The notes under the pieces are model-generated. The model was not told where the DNA came from. It did not search any database and was given only the letters and a program-made list of their open reading frames with translations. From Octopus sinensis (taxonomy: Eukaryota): 39,416 nt of DNA. Made by a program: the position numbers and the translations under genes. The stretch lies in the NCBI RefSeq assembly GCF_006345805.1, contig NW_021835552.1:1-39416 (forward strand), read 5' to 3'. Positions 35,600 to 39,416 of the stretch are shown one piece after another. Numbering within the stretch: position 1 is the first letter of the stretch; every line of letters starts with the position of its first letter.

Positions 35600-35885
35600 G
35601 CCAGCAGGGGATAAGTCAATAACATCGACTCCAGTAAGCAACTGGTACTTATTTTATCGATACCCAAAACATAATACGCTAAGTCGACTTCGGCGAAATT
35701 TGAAGTCAGAATGTAAAGACGGACAAAATACGGCCGTATTTCTACTGGCCTGCTCAAGATTCTGCCACCTCGTCACCTTGTCTGATATTCCTTTCGATGT
35801 GCAAAGTGGACCTCGGCAGAATTTGAACTCCGAACGTAGCGACGGGTGAAATATCGTGCAGTTAACGATCCTGCCACCTCGCTGT
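35600..35885 (-). mobile_element. Two old SINE family A fragments
   Basis: Reverse-oriented CTGGTACTTATTTTATCGA…AAGTCGACTTCGGCGAAATTTGAA and GACCTCGGCAGAATTTGAACTC. Confidence 0.7.
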
Positions 35886-36035
35886 TAATAATAATAAGCA
35901 TCCGTCGGTCTCGAAAGACCATGGGTCTGCACCTGGAGAATTTGTGTCAGCTGCTGATGGTTCAGCGGCTGCTGTTACACTATAGGCTCACACGGGTGTG
36001 GCATCTTGTACACAACGAGAGCATTTGAAGAGACT

Positions 36036-36560
36036 TAGCCGTATTTCGTCGGCCATTACGTTCTGAGTTCAAATTCCGCCGAGGTCGACTTTGCCTTTCA
36101 TCCTTTCGGGGTCGATTAAATAAGTACCAGTTACGCACTGAGGTCGATGTAATCGACTTAATCCATTTATCTGTCCTCGTTTGTCCCCTCTATGTTTAGC
36201 CCCTTGTGGGTAGTAAAGAAATAGGTATTTCGAGTCTTTACGTTCTGAGTTCAAATTCCGCCGAGGTCGACTTTGTCTTTCATCCTTTCGGAGTCGATAA
36301 ATTAAGTAATAGTTACGCACTGGGGTCGATGCAATCGACTTAATCCCCTTGTCTGTCCTTGTTTGTTCCCTCTGTTTTTAGCCCCTTGTGAGTAGTAAAG
36401 AAATAGGTATTTCGAGTTCAAATTCCGCCGAGGTAAATTTTACCTTTCCCCCTTTCGAGGTCAATAATTTAATTACCGGTTGCGTACTGAGGTCGATCTA
36501 ATCGACTAGCCCCCTCTCCCGCCAAATTTCGGGCCTTGTGCCAAGAGTAGAACGTAATAT
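36036..36560 (+). mobile_element. SINE family A trimer (tail1, tail1, tail2), 5' head missing
   Basis: Units start at 36036, 36225 and 36407; junctions read AAAGAAATAG|GTATTTCG. Confidence 0.9.
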
Positions 36561-36802
36561 ATTAGTTCAGATACACAAATTGCTAATTCTCATTCATGGG
36601 AGGTTACTCTTGAACAACACTAGTGAGTTATGTCCCATGCAAATAATCCCTACCACCTTTACTTCACTTAACGCTGCGTACCATTTGATAGTAAACCTAT
36701 TCAATACATGCAGCTTATTGTTGTATGCGCATGCGGCACATTTCTCTATGCTGCTGTTGTGTATTCTCCCTATCTTCTTTCTTCTCTCCCCGTCTGTGTG
36801 AA

Positions 36803-37195
36803 CAGCTGGCTGAAGCGTTAGGACGCTGGGCGAAATGTTACGCGGTATTTCTTCTGCCGTTACGTTTTGAGTTCAAATTCCGCCGAGGTCGACTTTGCTT
36901 ATCATCCTTTCGGGGTCGATAAATTAAGTACCAGTTACGCACTGGGGTCGATGTAATCGACTTAATACCTATGTCTGTCTTTGTTTGTCCCCTCTATGTT
37001 TAGCCCCTTGTGGGTAATAAAGAAATAGAAATAGGTATTTCGTCTGACGTTACGTAAAGAGTTCAAATTCCGTCGAGTTCGACTTTGCATTTCTTCTTTC
37101 GGTGTCGTTAAATTAAGTACCAGTTGCGTACTGGTGTCGATCTAATTGACTGGTCCCCACTCCAAAAAATTTCGGGCCTTGTGCCTAGAGAAGAA
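36803..37195 (+). mobile_element. SINE family A dimer (tail1 + tail2)
   Basis: The second unit starts at 37035 after GAAATAG and ends TTCGGGCCTTGTGCCTAGAG. Confidence 0.9.
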
Positions 37196-37220
37196 CAAAT
37201 ATATATATATTTATTTATAA

Positions 37221-37634
37221 AAGCGGCGAACTGGCAGAAACGTTAGCACGCCGGGAGAAATGCGTAGCCGTATTTCGTCGGCCATTACGTTCTGAGTTCA
37301 AATTCTGCCGAAGTCGAATTTGCCTTTCATCCTTTCGGGTTCGATAAATAAGTACCAGTTACGCACTGGGTTGATGTATCGACTTAATCCGTTTGTCTGT
37401 CCTTGTTTGTCCCCTCTGTTTTAGCCCTGTGGGTAGCAAAGAAATAGGTATTTTCGTCTGCTGTTAAGTTCTGAGTTCAAATTTCGCCGAGGTCGACTAT
37501 GCCTTTCATTCTTTCGAGGTCGATAACATAAGTACCAGTTATTCACTGGAATCGATGAAATTGATCTAATTCGTTTGTCTAACCTTGTTTGCCCCCTCTA
37601 TGTTTAGCCCCCTGTGGGCAATAAAGAAATAAAT
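37221..37634 (+). mobile_element. SINE family A dimer (tail1 + tail1 variant)
   Basis: The second unit starts at 37448 and ends TATGTTTAGCCCCCTGTGGGCAATAAAGAAAT. Confidence 0.9.
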
Positions 37635-37699
37635 ATATATTCATGTGGTTGGTGAGCAAGTTACTTACACCACAGCCACTCCTGCGCCTATATCTATGT

Positions 37700-37836
37700 G
37701 TGTGTGTGTATGTATACATATTTATATATATATATGTATATATGCATGTATGTATGTATGTATGTATGTTTGTATATATGTATGTATGTATGCATGCATG
37801 CATGTATGTATGTATGTATGTATGCATGCATGCATG

Positions 37837-37867
<31 letters not shown>

Positions 37868-38117
37868 GCATGTTCTCACAATTCGTATTGTCTTTATAAC
37901 AGTGCATTTTTGATTTGGCCAAATATACAAAGACCTAACACAGTGATGTGTGTGTATGTGTGCTGATGTGTGTGCATGTTTTAGTAATACATTTATGAAT
38001 ATGATTCTTAATATAAATATTTCATATGCGTGACAAATGTTTGCTGCTCCAATACTCCGTCTCTGTACCTAGCCTCTGTGTATGTTTATATATACGTGTC
38101 AGGAAGTATGTATGTGT

Positions 38118-38150
<33 letters not shown>

Positions 38151-38498
38151 TAAATACATAAATACATACATACATACATACATACATACATACATGCATA
38201 AATATACCTGTGTGTGTATGTATGTCTTCATGTGTGCGTGTGAAATATAAATATAAATATATTATGTATGTATGTATATATATATATATATTATATATAT
38301 ATATAGATATATACCTCTCTCTCTTTTCCTCCCCGTCTCTCTTTATTTATTTCTCACTCTCTTTATATACGCACACATATAATACACACTCACATATATT
38401 TATATATACACACTTACATATATTTATATATATATAGTATATATATAATTATATATATATATATATAATATATACATATATATATATGATATATATAT

Positions 38499-38530
<32 letters not shown>

Positions 38531-38545
38531 CATACACATACATAT
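37700..38545. repeat. (TATG)n, (CATA)n and (TA)n microsatellite field
   Basis: Direct reading. Confidence 0.9.
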
Positions 38546-38645
38546 ATACACATATCTTATTCTATTATTCATATACTTGTTTCAGGCATTTGTCTCGGGG
38601 CCATGTAGCACCTCCTTTTAGCGAACAAATCGAACATAGGACTTA

Positions 38646-38700
38646 TTTTTTGAAAGCTTATTGCTTTTTTGAAAGCTTATTGCTTTTTTGAAAGCTTATT
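38646..38700. repeat. 19-bp unit TTTTTTGAAAGCTTATTGC, ~3 copies, inside a decayed SINE B tail
   Basis: Copies at 38646, 38665 and 38684 (last one partial). Confidence 0.9.
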
Positions 38701-39021
38701 CTATAAGGTAAAGTATACTAGCCATCTCAATATGGCTAATAACTAAGGGTGGGTGTTACTGTAGCTTTTAGTCCCAGGAGATCATCGTCTCCAGCTGGCT
38801 TTAGGCACACTTTCTGTGCTCTTATGGTATTTGCAAAGGGAGGTCATCCCTCTCTCGTAAACCTAAGTGATACGCACGGACTGCAGTTTCGAGGTATTTG
38901 CCTCTGTCAACGTACGGCAATCACCGGTTTTCGATGAGGGGACCTGTTTGCAAATATCTATATATGTTTTCCCGGTTGCTGTTTACATCTCGTTCAGAGA
39001 TTTATTATTATTCATTAAGGT

Positions 39022-39135
39022 TTTTTGGCAAGCCGATAAGTTACGAGGACGTAAACAAATTAACATCGGTGGTCAAGCGATATGGGACGACAAACATAGA
39101 CACACACACAATTACTGACATATAGATACATATAC

Positions 39136-39194
<59 letters not shown>

Positions 39195-39223
39195 GTATAT
39201 ATGTGTGTGTGCGTGCGTATACA

Positions 39224-39259
<36 letters not shown>

Positions 39260-39409
39260 CGTGCTTCTTTCAAGTTTTCTCTTTCAAATCCACTCAGAAG
39301 GCTTTGGTCGGCCCGGGGCTTCAGTAGAAGATACTTGCCCAATGTGCTACGCAGTGGGCTGAACTCTGAACCATGTGGTTGGGAAGCAAGCTCCTTACCA
39401 CACAGCCAC
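39022..39409 (-). mobile_element. SINE family B
   Basis: Reverse-oriented body, TA microsatellite, AAATCCACTCAGAAGGCTTTGGTCGGCCCGGGG core and head. Confidence 0.85.
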
Positions 39410-39416
39410 GGAGAAA

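Noticed and set aside
35893-35945. CATCCGTCGGTCTCGAAAGACCATGGGTCTGCACC with a small hairpin, reminiscent of RTE-clade LINE 5' ends
   Set aside because: The resemblance is from memory only, there is no ORF downstream, and I cannot build an HDV-like or twister fold from it.
36036-37634. Regular repeats with hairpins superficially like a CRISPR array
   Set aside because: Eukaryotic context, ~185-bp units with no unique spacers, and no cas genes.
1538-39342. Dozens of 60-200-aa ORFs rich in YI, CV, HT, LSIY, SL or FL
   Set aside because: They are direct translations of (TA)n, (GT)n, (GATA)n, (CT)n and (CTT)n microsatellites or of SINE bodies; no domain signal.

Overview
This is AT-rich, microsatellite-saturated animal genomic DNA. 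The SINE families match those I recall from coleoid cephalopods, so it is most likely an Octopus species (inference; no search run). One protein-coding gene is well supported: an uninterrupted 996-aa ORF on the minus strand (18098-21088) encoding a TRIM-NHL protein (RING, B-box1, B-box2, coiled coil, NHL beta-propeller; no filamin domain). Its RING finger is highly atypical, with 285 residues of mostly charged low-complexity sequence between zinc ligands 6 and 7; the insert carries an NPF-acidic motif and S-x-[RK]-S-E-R repeats. The rest is repeat DNA: three tRNA-derived SINE families (one forms head-to-tail multimers with a recurrent junction), a structurally complete 398-bp non-autonomous Helitron, two decayed mariner transposase relics, a ~450-bp imperfect palindrome, three Penelope-type minimal hammerhead-like relics, a degenerate ~60/180-bp tandem repeat and many microsatellites. 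Nearly all other ORFs in the supplied track are translations of microsatellites or SINEs.
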